Positions 1 through 9,230 of a stretch of 64,000 nucleotides of DNA are shown piece after piece. Location of the stretch: positions 33,119 to 97,118 of the forward strand of contig JAFUVO010000016.1 of NCBI GenBank assembly GCA_017477525.1. Reading direction: 5' to 3'. This stretch comes from Oscillospiraceae bacterium (GTDB taxonomy: Bacteria; Bacillota; Clostridia; Oscillospirales; Oscillospiraceae). How positions within the stretch are numbered: the first letter of the stretch is position 1; every line of letters starts with the position of its first letter. The notes beneath the pieces were generated by a model. That model searched no databases, was not told the DNA's origin, and saw only the letters and a program-made list of their open reading frames with translations. The translations under genes and the position numbers were made by a program.

Positions 1-49
1 ACTCCCGTTCAAATTCTTCCCAGGTTCCACCGTTGGCACTGTTATTCAT
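1..49 (-). CDS. Putative HigA/XRE-type antitoxin, 5' end only (runs off the window)
   Basis: A minus-strand ATG at 47-49 overlaps the toxin stop (ATGAATAA). The visible peptide is MNNSANGGTWEEFERE. Its position directly downstream of a Gp49/HigB-like toxin fits an antitoxin. Only 16 codons are visible. Confidence 0.4.
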   Translation of the reverse strand, partial: MNNSANGGTWEEFERE

Positions 50-407
50 CAACGTCAAGTCCCCTTTCCTTCAGATCAGCCAGTTCACGCTTTGCCTGCG
101 CGATTTCCCGTGCAGGTGTTTTCTGCGTTTTCTTCATAAATTGATGAAGCAAAACGAAGCTTCCTCCTGTCCATCCCACAAAGAAAATTCTGTTGCTCAC
201 AGGACGCAGCTCCCATAAATCGCCCTCAATGTGCTTGATATAAGGCTCTCCCAACCGTATTCCATAGCTGCTCAAAGCTTTTACATAATCGCGGATTTTG
301 TTCAATTTGATACGGCTGTCTTTATCCCTCTTACTGGCAAGCTCTGTCAGATAATCCCACACAGGCCGTTTTCCGCTCTTGTCCCTATAAAAAAATATCC
401 GGTGCAA
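42..407 (-). CDS. Type II toxin, RelE/HigB superfamily (phage Gp49-like)
   Basis: The translation HRIFFYRDKSGKRPVWDYL...IKHIEGDLWELR...RIFF matches the Gp49/HigB-like pattern. I place the start at the TTG at 405-407, preceded by GAGGGGG, because the longer ORF (to 491) would overlap the upstream GtrA gene. Confidence 0.7.
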   Translation of the reverse strand: MHRIFFYRDKSGKRPVWDYLTELASKRDKDSRIKLNKIRDYVKALSSYGIRLGEPYIKHIEGDLWELRPVSNRIFFVGWTGGSFVLLHQFMKKTQKTPAREIAQAKRELADLKERGLDVDE

Positions 408-456
408 GGCAGCGCCCCCTCTCTGCCTGAGATTATACTCTAAAGTTATTGCGCCG

Positions 457-909
457 TCAAGCTCTGAACACGATCCACTTGCTGATGACATAGTTCAGTA
501 CGATGACAAGAACCTGAGCGGCGGTTTTCACCGCGATTCCAGGAAAGCGCAGCCGGGAGACGAACACAAACAATACCGCCTCTTCCACGGCCAGGGTGAA
601 CAGTCGACCCCCGAAAAAAGAGAGCATCTGTTTCAAAAAGCTCCCCTTCCCCTCCGCCGGCGCGGAGAACACCCAGATCCGGTTTGTAAAAAACGCGAAG
701 GCCACCGCCAGAATCCAGGAGATGATATTCGCCACCAACTCATTGACGCCCAGGACGGCGTTGAACAGGGCAAAGACGGCAATGCTGAAGGCGGTGGTCA
801 ATCCGCCGAAAAAGAGATACAGCAACGCTTCCTTGTGCTTTCGGTAAAAGGGCTCAAACACACGCAGCGGCGGCAGCGCCATCAATCGGTCAAATATATC
901 GCGGTCCAC
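457..909 (-). CDS. GtrA family membrane protein
   Basis: 150 aa with about four hydrophobic segments. It has the typical GtrA ends (LYLFFGGLTT...FFTNRIWVF...NYVISKWIVF). Confidence 0.8.
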   Translation of the reverse strand: MDRDIFDRLMALPPLRVFEPFYRKHKEALLYLFFGGLTTAFSIAVFALFNAVLGVNELVANIISWILAVAFAFFTNRIWVFSAPAEGKGSFLKQMLSFFGGRLFTLAVEEAVLFVFVSRLRFPGIAVKTAAQVLVIVLNYVISKWIVFRA

Positions 910-1010
910 GGATATCCCACCCCATCGGTTCGTCAGTATCAGTCTTTTACAGTATAATCGTTCCCCACAAATATTACAACAGAAATCAGGAAAAACCGTT
1001 TTTAGGGGGA

Positions 1011-1703
1011 GTGTCCGGGCATACTATACGCATGTTGAACATTATCATACGCACAGTGGTCATATTTTTCGTCCTGCTGCTTCTGATGCGCTTACTGGGC
1101 AAGCGGCAGTTGGGGGAGCTGGAGCTGAACGAACTGGTGGTCTCGATTCTGATCGCGGACCTGGCCTCGGTGCCGCTGCAAAGCCCGGACCTTTCGATCT
1201 GGTACGGGCTGGTCCCCTGCGCGGCGCTGTTCGCCTGCGAATACCTTCTGGCCTGGGCGACAATGAAAAGCGTGAGCCTGCGTCGGATCGTCTGCGGGAC
1301 GCCCTGTTTTCTGGTCATCCGGGGGGAGATTTGCCAGAGGGAGATGCGCCGCTGCCGCTTCACCGTGGACGAGCTGGCGGAGGAGCTGCGCAAGCAGGGC
1401 GTGGGCGACATCAGCGAGGCCCAGTACGCCGTCCTCGAAACCGATGGGACGCTGAATGTGATCCTCTACCCGGACCGCCGCCCGGTGACGGCGGGACAGC
1501 TCTCGATTCCCGTCGATGACGACGGCTACGGCGTGGTGCTGGTGGAGGACGGCGTCGTCCTCGACGGGAACCTGCGCTTCATGAAGCGCGACATGGCCTG
1601 GCTGCAAAAGGAGCTCAAAAGCCGCGGCTGCGCCGGCCCCCGGGAGGCCTACGCCCTGATCCTCTACGAGAGCGGGAAAATCTATTTTTCCAAAAAGCAG
1701 TAA
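1011..1703 (+). CDS. DUF421 (YetF-like) membrane protein
   Basis: N-terminal TM segments with the LLGKRQLGELELNELVV motif typical of DUF421/YetF. The C-terminal soluble domain ends near KIYF. The start is uncertain between GTG 1011 and ATG 1032. Confidence 0.75.
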   Translation: MSGHTIRMLNIIIRTVVIFFVLLLLMRLLGKRQLGELELNELVVSILIADLASVPLQSPDLSIWYGLVPCAALFACEYLLAWATMKSVSLRRIVCGTPCFLVIRGEICQREMRRCRFTVDELAEELRKQGVGDISEAQYAVLETDGTLNVILYPDRRPVTAGQLSIPVDDDGYGVVLVEDGVVLDGNLRFMKRDMAWLQKELKSRGCAGPREAYALILYESGKIYFSKKQ

Positions 1704-1733
1704 GCCCCCTCCCCCGCTACGCTGGAAAACGCA

Positions 1734-1766
1734 GATGCAGCCACCGCCGCTGGCGGTGGCTGCATC
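1734..1766. terminator. Bidirectional hairpin between convergent genes
   Basis: GATGCAGCCACCGCC-gct-GGCGGTGGCTGCATC forms a 15-bp perfect stem. It sits between the DUF421 stop (+) and the BlaR1-like stop (-). Confidence 0.6.
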
Positions 1767-1770
1767 AGTT

Positions 1771-4194
1771 TTATCGAGGCCGCAGGTCCGAGGCGGAAGC
1801 GGGAACGGAAAAGTCAGGAAGGGAGATATCTGCTGAGGAAAGCACCGCGTAGCCCGTTTCGCTGTCCTCGGAGGGCGCGACCACCATGCGGCGGACGGCG
1901 GTGTAGTCCTGATCGCTGTACTTTTCAAAATGCACCTCGGCGGTGGCGTCTATGACAAACGCGCCCTCGCTGCCGCCGTCACGCAGCGCCTGCGTCTCAA
2001 GCTCGTTGACCGCGTGTGTCATCTCGATGGAGAGCATGCCCACGTCCTCCGCAGGGCGGGGCAAGAACGCGCCCCAAAAGCGCAAAGACTGCATCGCCGC
2101 CGCCATGGCGCGGCTCTCCTCCGTTTCCGCCCACACCGGCGTCACCTCCGTTTCGGCCAGCGCCGCGCCTTCCTCCGGCGGCTCAGGCTGCGCAAGGGGC
2201 GTACCGTTTCCCGGGGGCGGCTGCGTGGAAACCGTCTGCTCCGGCGCCCACAACTGGCGCAGATGGGCGGCGTAGCGCTCGATCTTGTCCCGGAGCGGGA
2301 GCGCCGGTGGCAATTCCAGTTCCGCGTCCATGAAACCGTAATCCTCATAGTACAGCGCCCCCGCCGTGGGGCCGAGGACCACCCCGCCGCCGACGGTGCT
2401 GACCAGAAGCGTACTGCGTTCCAGCAGGGCGTTGACCTCTTCGGCAAAAGCCTCCATCTCCTGCGCCGGGAGTTCGATGGAAGAGGGCGTCATTGAAAAA
2501 CTGACGGAGTTTTCCCTGGCCAGAATCGTCGCGGGCCGCTCCCAGCCGGGGGCGTCGTACCAGGTCAGTTCATAGAAGTACGAACCGATCCCCGTTCCCA
2601 TGGCGGGGCAGTAGCGCAGAAGATAATCCTCCCCCTCGTCGGAGACATACTTGAACCATCTGGCCCAGCCGGCATGGGCGCTCTGGGGTTCGCTGATGAC
2701 AAGAAGCGGCTCCCCCTCCGGGCCAGCCAGTGAAATCACGGCGGAATTGCCGCTGCTCTCGACGGAAAGTGTCTCCTGTACGCCGTCATGGTTGAGGTCG
2801 ATGGGCAGCAACAGGCCCGTCTGCCCCTTCGCTTCGGCGGCGTTTAGCGCCGGCGGCTCCCCCCGGTCCGGCAACGCCGTATCCATGCCGGTGTCCGCGC
2901 CCTCGAACTCCATATCTGCCACGGTGACGGCTCCGGGCGCGTCATTGCGGACAAAGACGCGGTAAACGCCCGGCGGCACCCGGTCAATGTTCCCCTCCGC
3001 CCTGCCGCCGTCGCGGGTCTGGGAGACATAGGCCGCCGATTCCGTGGACTGCAAGCCCACGGTGAGAGCCGCGTCCTCCGGCGTCCAGGACAGCGAATAG
3101 CGGAAGTAGCCGCCCACGTCATAGCGCAGCAGCTCTTCCCCGATGAAAGCCGTTTCACCGGGGGCGATCAGGATGCGCTCCGCCGGGCCGTCGCTCCGGG
3201 AGGGCTCCGCCCCGGTGAACAGGCACAGCCCCGCGGCAGTCAACGCCGCCAGCACCGCCAATAGCGCCGCAATCCGGGTCTTCGGGTTCTTCGCCAGCAC
3301 CGCCACCCGCTCCTTCAGCGCCTGTTTGCCGCCGCCCATGGTGGTGGCGCAGCACAGCAGGTCATATTTTCCGGCCCTGCGGGCGCTCAGGCCGATCAGG
3401 ACGCGGCCGTATTCCGCCCGCGCCTCCTCCCCCAGACGGGCCACGGCGCCGGCGTCGCAGGCGGTTTCCGCGTCCCGGCGGGACAGGGCGGCGGCGTACC
3501 AGGCCAGGGGGTTAAACCAGTGCAGCGCCAGCGCCAGACAGCGCAGCGCCGCCCAGAAGGGGTCCCAGTGCAGATAGTGGGTTTCCTCGTGGACCAGGAC
3601 GTGGCGCAGCGCTGCTTCGTCCTCCGCTGCCGCCGGAGTGAGGTAGATGGCCGGGCGAAAAAGGCCGAACAGGCAGGGCGTCGGCAGTCCATCGCAGACA
3701 TACGCCGGCAGCATCCCCTTCTCCCCTTCAAAGGCCCTCCGGCCCCGCCGCAGGCGGCGGGCAAAGCTCAGGTTGCAGCCGAACAGCACCCCCGCTGTCG
3801 CAGCCGCGCCCACGGCCCAGAGGACGCCCAGCACATCCCGCGCCCGTAAGGCCGGTTCCTGTCCCAAACGCTCCGCCGGCGCGGCGGTTTCCGCGAACAG
3901 AAAATCTTCGCCGGCATTTGCGCCGCTATCGTAGTCCCCGGCGCTTTCGCTTTCCAGGTACGCGGCGGGCGGAAGCTCCCGCAGCTGCTCCTCCGCCCGG
4001 GCCGTCTGGGGCTGTTCTGTCAGGTTTTGCAGACTAAAGGGGGATTGAAACACCGTGACGGGCAGCAAAAGCCGCAGCAGCACCGGCAGCCAAAGGGCAT
4101 ATTGCAGCCGGGGGCTGAGCTTTCCCCGCAGCGCCGCCCGCAGGCCGATCCAGAGCAGCAGCAGCGCCGCCGATGAAGCAAACCAGAAGCTCAT
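1771..4194 (-). CDS. M56 family metallopeptidase / BlaR1-MecR1-like signal transducer with a non-canonical extracellular C-terminal region
   Basis: The start MSFWFASS at 4192-4194 overlaps the BlaI stop (ATGA). TM segments are followed by the HEETHYLHWDPFW zinc motif (HExxH). The ~450-aa C-terminal part shows no recognisable penicillin-binding SxxK sensor motif. Confidence 0.8.
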   Translation of the reverse strand: MSFWFASSAALLLLWIGLRAALRGKLSPRLQYALWLPVLLRLLLPVTVFQSPFSLQNLTEQPQTARAEEQLRELPPAAYLESESAGDYDSGANAGEDFLFAETAAPAERLGQEPALRARDVLGVLWAVGAAATAGVLFGCNLSFARRLRRGRRAFEGEKGMLPAYVCDGLPTPCLFGLFRPAIYLTPAAAEDEAALRHVLVHEETHYLHWDPFWAALRCLALALHWFNPLAWYAAALSRRDAETACDAGAVARLGEEARAEYGRVLIGLSARRAGKYDLLCCATTMGGGKQALKERVAVLAKNPKTRIAALLAVLAALTAAGLCLFTGAEPSRSDGPAERILIAPGETAFIGEELLRYDVGGYFRYSLSWTPEDAALTVGLQSTESAAYVSQTRDGGRAEGNIDRVPPGVYRVFVRNDAPGAVTVADMEFEGADTGMDTALPDRGEPPALNAAEAKGQTGLLLPIDLNHDGVQETLSVESSGNSAVISLAGPEGEPLLVISEPQSAHAGWARWFKYVSDEGEDYLLRYCPAMGTGIGSYFYELTWYDAPGWERPATILARENSVSFSMTPSSIELPAQEMEAFAEEVNALLERSTLLVSTVGGGVVLGPTAGALYYEDYGFMDAELELPPALPLRDKIERYAAHLRQLWAPEQTVSTQPPPGNGTPLAQPEPPEEGAALAETEVTPVWAETEESRAMAAAMQSLRFWGAFLPRPAEDVGMLSIEMTHAVNELETQALRDGGSEGAFVIDATAEVHFEKYSDQDYTAVRRMVVAPSEDSETGYAVLSSADISLPDFSVPASASDLRPR

Positions 4195-4583
4195 TTTCTC
4201 TCCCCCCTGATCTCGTCGAGCACCGCGTAGAGCCCGTCTATGTCCGCGTCCGTCAGCTCCGCCTGCTCCGCCATGGCGCTGAGCATCGCGCGGACGCTGC
4301 CCCGGTAGACCCTGCTGAGAAAGCTCTCTGTCTGCCGCCGCGCCGCCTCCCCCCGCGCCGCAAGGGCACGGTAGCGGTTCAGCTTCCCGTCCCCGTCGCA
4401 GGCCACGAGGCCCTTCTTCTCCATCCGCGCCAGCATGGTCAATGCCGTCGAGCGGCTCCAACCCGCCGTCTCCGCCAGCCGCTGCGCCACCTCGCGCCCC
4501 GTTTTGGCCCTGCCGCCGTCCTCCCAGAGGCACTCCATCACATTCCACTCCGCCGCCGTCAGGTCCAGCGTATGTTCTTCCAT
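4191..4583 (-). CDS. BlaI/MecI/CopY family transcriptional repressor
   Basis: 130 aa with a winged-helix N-terminus (LTAAEWNVMECLWE...REVAQRL...WSRSTALTMLARMEKKGLV). It is translationally coupled to the downstream M56 sensor. Confidence 0.88.
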   Translation of the reverse strand: MEEHTLDLTAAEWNVMECLWEDGGRAKTGREVAQRLAETAGWSRSTALTMLARMEKKGLVACDGDGKLNRYRALAARGEAARRQTESFLSRVYRGSVRAMLSAMAEQAELTDADIDGLYAVLDEIRGERK

Positions 4584-4600
4584 CCATCTCCACGTCCCTT

Positions 4601-4649
4601 CTGTCTACATTGTAAACTCATGATAGCACAGTTTGTCTACAATGTCAAC
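4601..4649. promoter_or_regulatory. Putative BlaI operator pair
   Basis: TGTCTACATTGTAAAC (4602-4617) and TGTCTACAATGTCAAC (4634-4649) match at 14 of 16 positions and lie 32 bp apart. Each contains a TACA..TGT core like BlaI/MecI operators. They lie just upstream of the blaI-like start. Confidence 0.5.
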
Positions 4650-4682
4650 AGGTGCTTTTGCCATAGATTTCTCTCCCTCTGC

Positions 4683-4711
4683 TTGACAAAGTTCTCCGGC
4701 TATGGGATAAT
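4683..4711 (+). promoter_or_regulatory. Sigma-A-type promoter upstream of tgt
   Basis: TTGACA (4683-4688), a 17-bp spacer, then GATAAT (4706-4711). Confidence 0.55.
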
Positions 4712-4810
4712 AATGTAAAAAATGTCTCTTCCCTTCGCGTCGAGGGCGGAACAAGGGACAGAGAACGAAAAGCAGGAGGAAGCCCCCTCCCCCGCTGGCG
4801 GGAGCGGGCG

Positions 4811-5986
4811 GTGAGCGATGTGTTTACACTGATTCAGCAGGAGGGCCGCGCGCGGCGCGGCTCTTTTTTAACGCCCCACGGGCGCGTGGAGACGCCCGTG
4901 TTTATGAATGTGGGGACCCAGGCGGCGATCAAGGGCGGGCTCAGCGCCCTTGACCTGGAGCAGATCGGCTGCCAGGTGTTCCTGGCGAATACCTACCATC
5001 TGCACGTCCGTCCCGGCGACGGATTGATTCAGGAGCTGGGCGGGCTGCACAACTTCATGACCTGGTCCGGCCCCATCCTCACGGACAGCGGCGGCTTCCA
5101 GGTTTTCTCCCTGGCGCGGCTCCGGGATATTAAAGAAGAGGGCGTCGCGTTCCACTCCCATGTGAACGGCGCGCGGATTTTCATGGGGCCGGAGGAGAGT
5201 ATGCGCATCCAGTCCAATCTGGGCTCGGACATTGCCATGGCCTTTGACGAGTGCGTCAAAATCCCCTCGCCCTACGAGTATGTCAAAGCCTCCTGCGCCC
5301 GCACGGCCCGCTGGCTTATGCGCTGCAAAACGGCTCTGGCGGAGTACAACGCCGCGCCGGACACGGTGAACCCGGGACAGATGCTCTTCGGCATCAACCA
5401 GGGGGCGGTATTCCACGACCTGCGCATCGCCCACATGAAGGAAATCGCGGAACTGGATCTGCCGGGTTATGCCATTGGCGGCCTGGCCGTGGGCGAGAGC
5501 CACCAGGAGATGTATGACACCATCGAGGCCGTTGAAGAGTACATGCCCAGGGACAAACCCCGCTACCTCATGGGCGTCGGGACGCCGGGGAACATCATCG
5601 AAGGCGTGGCCCGGGGCGTCGACTTCTTTGACTGCGTCATGCCCGCCCGCAACGGGCGTCACGGACACCTGTTCACCTGGTCCGGCATCATCAACCTGGG
5701 CAACCAGCGCTACGAGCGCGACAGCGCGCCGCCGGATAAGGACTGCGCCTGCCCCGTCTGCCGCCGCTACTCCCGCGCCTATCTCCGCCATCTGCACAAG
5801 GCCCAGGAGGCCCTGGCGCTGCGCCTGTGCGTCATGCACAACCTCTATTTTTACAACCAGCTCATGCTGCGCATCCGGGAAGCGCTGGACGCCGGGCGTT
5901 TTGAAGCTTTCCGGCGGGAGTACAGCGAAAAGCTCTCAGCAAGGATAAGTTTTCCTTGCAATTCTGTCCAAAACACGCTATACTGA
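4811..5986 (+). CDS. tgt: tRNA-guanine transglycosylase (queuine tRNA-ribosyltransferase)
   Basis: Full-length similarity to the Tgt pattern (GRARRG...TPHG.VETPVFM.VGT...DSGGFQV...zinc site CxCxxC at CACPVCRRYSRAYLRHL). yajC follows, as is typical. Confidence 0.95.
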   Translation: MSDVFTLIQQEGRARRGSFLTPHGRVETPVFMNVGTQAAIKGGLSALDLEQIGCQVFLANTYHLHVRPGDGLIQELGGLHNFMTWSGPILTDSGGFQVFSLARLRDIKEEGVAFHSHVNGARIFMGPEESMRIQSNLGSDIAMAFDECVKIPSPYEYVKASCARTARWLMRCKTALAEYNAAPDTVNPGQMLFGINQGAVFHDLRIAHMKEIAELDLPGYAIGGLAVGESHQEMYDTIEAVEEYMPRDKPRYLMGVGTPGNIIEGVARGVDFFDCVMPARNGRHGHLFTWSGIINLGNQRYERDSAPPDKDCACPVCRRYSRAYLRHLHKAQEALALRLCVMHNLYFYNQLMLRIREALDAGRFEAFRREYSEKLSARISFPCNSVQNTLY

Positions 5987-6016
5987 TTTTCCGTGAAAAT
6001 AATAGGAGGTTTCCTG

Positions 6017-6418
6017 ATGAAAAAACGAATGACAAAGCTGCTCTCTTCGCTCTCCCTCACCCTTGCCCTGCTCCTGGCGCTGACGGTCAACGTGAGCGCG
6101 GAAACAGGCGCGGTTTCCGCCGCCTCGATGTTCGGCGGCACGGGCTCGATGATTATCATGGTTGTCGTCATGATCGGCGTGTTCTATTTTCTGCTGATCC
6201 GTCCTGAGAACAAAAAACGGAAAAAGGCTGAAGAAATGCGCAACAGCCTGTCCGTCGGCGATAAAATCACCACCATCGGCGGCATCGTCGGAAAGATCGT
6301 CCATATCGGCAACGACCTGATTACCTTCGAGACCGGAGAGGACCGCGTCCGCATCCAGGTCACGAAATGGGCCATCTCCACCAACGAGATCCAGAAAAAC
6401 GAGGATCCCAACAAGTGA
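6017..6418 (+). CDS. yajC: Preprotein translocase subunit YajC
   Basis: FYFLLIRPENKKRKKAEEMRNSL.VGDKITTIGGIVGKI is the YajC signature. ATG 6017 is preceded by GGAGG. It sits in the classic tgt-yajC synteny. Confidence 0.9.
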   Translation: MKKRMTKLLSSLSLTLALLLALTVNVSAETGAVSAASMFGGTGSMIIMVVVMIGVFYFLLIRPENKKRKKAEEMRNSLSVGDKITTIGGIVGKIVHIGNDLITFETGEDRVRIQVTKWAISTNEIQKNEDPNK

Positions 6419-6500
6419 GCTTTTCCACCGGCGCCGTGCCGGCATGTTTTTCCACCTCCCTGAATAAGCTGATACAAAGCTGATTCAGGGAGGTTTTATC

Positions 6501-6908
6501 ATGGAGAAAAACGCCGGATGGAAAAAACACACCTATGTCCGGGCCTGGGCCGCCGGGCTCGGGGGAATTGCGCTGCTGCTGATTTTGCTGCTGCTGTGCG
6601 CGCTGTGCGCCCTGCACGTCCCCGCCCTGCAGGGCCGCGAAGCGCTGCTCGGACATGCCGCGCTGTTCCTCGCCGCTCTGGCGGTCGCCTGCGCCGCCGC
6701 GGGGGTGAACCAGGATGCCCGGCCCGCCGCCGTGGGAATCTGCCTCGGGATGCTTCTGCTGTTTTTGCTGGCCATGGCGCTTGCCTCGGAGGGCTCCACG
6801 GTCGCGAACCTGAGCATGTTGTTCAGCCTGCTCTGCCTTGCCGGGGCGGGCCTGCTGGCTTTGATGCTCGGAAAACCCCGGCGGCATGGGCGCAAACGGA
6901 AAAGATAG
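6501..6908 (+). CDS. Small polytopic membrane protein, function unknown
   Basis: 135 aa with about four hydrophobic helices and a basic C-terminus (RRHGRKRKR). I recognise no family. Confidence 0.5.
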   Translation: MEKNAGWKKHTYVRAWAAGLGGIALLLILLLLCALCALHVPALQGREALLGHAALFLAALAVACAAAGVNQDARPAAVGICLGMLLLFLLAMALASEGSTVANLSMLFSLLCLAGAGLLALMLGKPRRHGRKRKR

Positions 6909-7127
6909 CGCTTTTCCCGCTCCTGGCGCGGGCCTGGCCTGACACAATTTACATAACAACCGGGCATAATTCACAAAAATATGATTTTTCTCCCCATGCC
7001 CCTTGCATGTGCCGGAAAAAAGGATTATATTAGGATTGCTTACAAAAAGTGTAAATTGTGTAACAATTTCTGTAACCAATTAACGCCGCCCCGGCGGCTC
7101 GTATTTAAAGGTGAAAGGACACAGTTT

Positions 7128-7721
7128 ATGCTGACACTGTCTGCCCCGCGCTTCCGGCGTCCGCGGCTCCAGGTGGATTCCGCGCTTCGGAACGGGGAGC
7201 TCTTGCTGCTTGTGATGCTGGCCGCCGGGGTACTGGCGGGGGGCGTCGTGGGCTTCTTTTCTCTGCAAAACGGGGATGCCGGTCCGCTGGAAGATTATGT
7301 CGCTTCCCGCTTCCTCTGCGCCAGCCTCCCCACAGCGCTTCTGAACGCCTCGGGCTTTTTTCTTCTGCTGGGCGCCGCCGCCACCAGCTACCTCGGGGTG
7401 CTGGCGCTCCCTGTCGTGGTGTTCCTGCGGGGCTATCTGCTGAGCTGCGCCGTGTCCGGGCTTTACGCGCTGTTCTCCCTCCGGGGCCTGGGCTGCGCCC
7501 TGCTGCTGCGCGGCATCCCGGGGCTTCTGGTCATCCCCTGCTTCTACTGCGCCGCCTGCGCCGCGCTGGCAAGCTCCCGGCGGCTGCTGTCCCTCCGCCT
7601 CGGCCAGCCCGGCCCCGCGGCCAGGGGCGGCCTGGGCTGCATCCCCCTCTCCGCCGGAGTTGTCCTTTTTGATGCTTTTTACGGGTATTATATCGTCCCG
7701 GCGATGTTCTCCGGTTTTTGA
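7128..7721 (+). CDS. Polytopic membrane protein, possibly stage II sporulation protein M (SpoIIM-like)
   Basis: 198 aa from ATG 7128 with about five TM segments. Size and topology resemble SpoIIM. It lies next to xerD, as spoIIM does near ripX/xerD in Bacillus subtilis. The family assignment is tentative. Confidence 0.4.
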   Translation: MLTLSAPRFRRPRLQVDSALRNGELLLLVMLAAGVLAGGVVGFFSLQNGDAGPLEDYVASRFLCASLPTALLNASGFFLLLGAAATSYLGVLALPVVVFLRGYLLSCAVSGLYALFSLRGLGCALLLRGIPGLLVIPCFYCAACAALASSRRLLSLRLGQPGPAARGGLGCIPLSAGVVLFDAFYGYYIVPAMFSGF

Positions 7722-7777
7722 CCGCTTGCACTGTTGGGAAAACAGTGTGTATATTTTATATTGGGGTGAGCTTTCCT

Positions 7778-8671
7778 ATGAAAGATTATGAGTGCATGGC
7801 AAGCTATGAGCGCTATCTGAAAGACGAGCGCCACGTTTCGGCAAATACAATGTGCTCTTATATGCGGGACATCCGCCAGCTCGCCGCCTACCTCTCCGCC
7901 AATACCGGGCATGGGCTTTCCGACGCGGAGGACGGCGATTTGGCGGGATATACGGCCTGGGAAAAGGAAAATGGAAAGTCCGCCGCCACCGTCGCCCGCT
8001 CCATCGCCTCTATGAAGGGCTTTTATGGTTTCCTCGCCGAGAAAAGGGCGATCCGGAGCAATCCCAGCGCCCGCCTTGTCCCGGAACGGGTGCCGCCGAA
8101 GCTGCCCCAGATCCTCACCAGCAAGGAAGTGGAGCTGCTGCTCAAGCAGCCGGTCTGCGTCGATCCCAAGGGCTACCGGGATCGCGCCATGCTGGAGCTG
8201 CTGTATGCCACGGGAATCCGCGTCAGCGAGCTGATCAGCCTTGACGTCGGCGACGTCAACATCCCCGCCGCGGTCATCACCTGCCAGGGGCGGGACGGAC
8301 GGGCCCGGGTCATTCCCATCTACGCCGCCGCCGTCCGTGCGCTGAATGAATACATTGAGTTTATCCGCCCCCACATGCTCGCCTCTTCGACGGAAAAGGC
8401 GCTGTTTGTCAACCTCAGCGGCGCGCGCATGAGCCGCCAGGGCTTCTGGAAGCTGATGAAAACCTACCAGGACAAGGCGGGCATCGAGAAGGATATCACG
8501 CCCCGCAGCCTGCGCCACTCCTTCGCCGCGCATCTGCTGGAAAACGGCGCGGACCTCCACTCCATCCAGGAGATGATGGGCCACGCGGATATCAGCACCA
8601 CCCAGGTCTATTCCCATCTGGTGAAAAGCCGTCTGAAGGACGTCTACCGCAAGGCTCATCCCCGCGCATAG
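7778..8671 (+). CDS. xerD: Site-specific tyrosine recombinase XerD/XerC
   Basis: Starts at MKDYE. The catalytic C-terminus is RHSFAAHLLENGADLHSIQEMMGHADISTTQVYSHL. Confidence 0.9.
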   Translation: MKDYECMASYERYLKDERHVSANTMCSYMRDIRQLAAYLSANTGHGLSDAEDGDLAGYTAWEKENGKSAATVARSIASMKGFYGFLAEKRAIRSNPSARLVPERVPPKLPQILTSKEVELLLKQPVCVDPKGYRDRAMLELLYATGIRVSELISLDVGDVNIPAAVITCQGRDGRARVIPIYAAAVRALNEYIEFIRPHMLASSTEKALFVNLSGARMSRQGFWKLMKTYQDKAGIEKDITPRSLRHSFAAHLLENGADLHSIQEMMGHADISTTQVYSHLVKSRLKDVYRKAHPRA

Positions 8672-8714
8672 CCATGGGGACAGATAGATCGCACGATTGC
8701 TGAGGATCACAGGT

Positions 8715-9230
8715 TTGAGAATTTTAGGCATTGACCCGGGGATCGCCACCGTGGGCTTCGGGGTGGTGGACACGGAACCGGGGCGCCTGCGCTATGTGAG
8801 CTGCGGCGTGATCACCACGCCGGCCCACACGGCCCTCTCCGCCCGGCTTGACCAGATTTACACCGACCTTCAGGAGCTCTTCGACACCTTCCGTCCGGAG
8901 CAGATTTCCATTGAGGAACTGTTTTTCAGCAAAAACATCACCACCGGCATCTCCGTCGCCCACGGGCGCGGGGTCATTCTTCTGGCGGCGTATCAGAATC
9001 AGATCCCCGTTTATGAGTATACGCCGATGCAGGTCAAGCAGTCGGTGGTGGGCTACGGCCTGGCGGAAAAGCGGCAGGTCATCGACATGGTGCGGCGTAT
9101 CCTTCAGATGCCGGCGGCGCCGAAGCCCGACGACGCGGCGGACGCCGTGGCCCTGGCCATCTGCCACGCCCGCAGCGCCACTTCACTTTTGACAAAGCTC
9201 GGAGGAGAGCAGCCATGTTCCACTATATAA
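8715..9230 (+). CDS. ruvC: Crossover junction endodeoxyribonuclease RuvC
   Basis: (L)RILGIDPGIATVGFGVV at the N-terminus and DAADAVALAICH near the C-terminus. The TTG at 8715 is preceded by GAGGA. Confidence 0.92.
   Translation: MRILGIDPGIATVGFGVVDTEPGRLRYVSCGVITTPAHTALSARLDQIYTDLQELFDTFRPEQISIEELFFSKNITTGISVAHGRGVILLAAYQNQIPVYEYTPMQVKQSVVGYGLAEKRQVIDMVRRILQMPAAPKPDDAADAVALAICHARSATSLLTKLGGEQPCSTI

Noticed and set aside
4195-4593. N-terminal 133 codons of the 940-aa ORF (1771-4593)
   Set aside because: This part overlaps the BlaI-family gene in another frame and reads as Gly/Arg-rich nonsense. The M56 protein clearly starts at MSFWFASS (4194) with the ATGA overlap to blaI.
4712-4810. Possible preQ1 or other riboswitch in the ~95-nt leader of tgt
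   Set aside because: No preQ1-I/II consensus is visible, in particular no ...CCTCTATAAAAAACTA-type tail. tgt is not a usual preQ1-regulated gene. Only a generic imperfect hairpin is present.
6981-7127. N-terminal extension of the 246-aa ORF (MIFLPMPLACAGKK...)
   Set aside because: The extension lies in an AT-rich promoter-like region and has no RBS. ATG 7128 follows AAAGGTGAAAGGA and gives a protein of the length expected for a five-TM SpoIIM-like protein.
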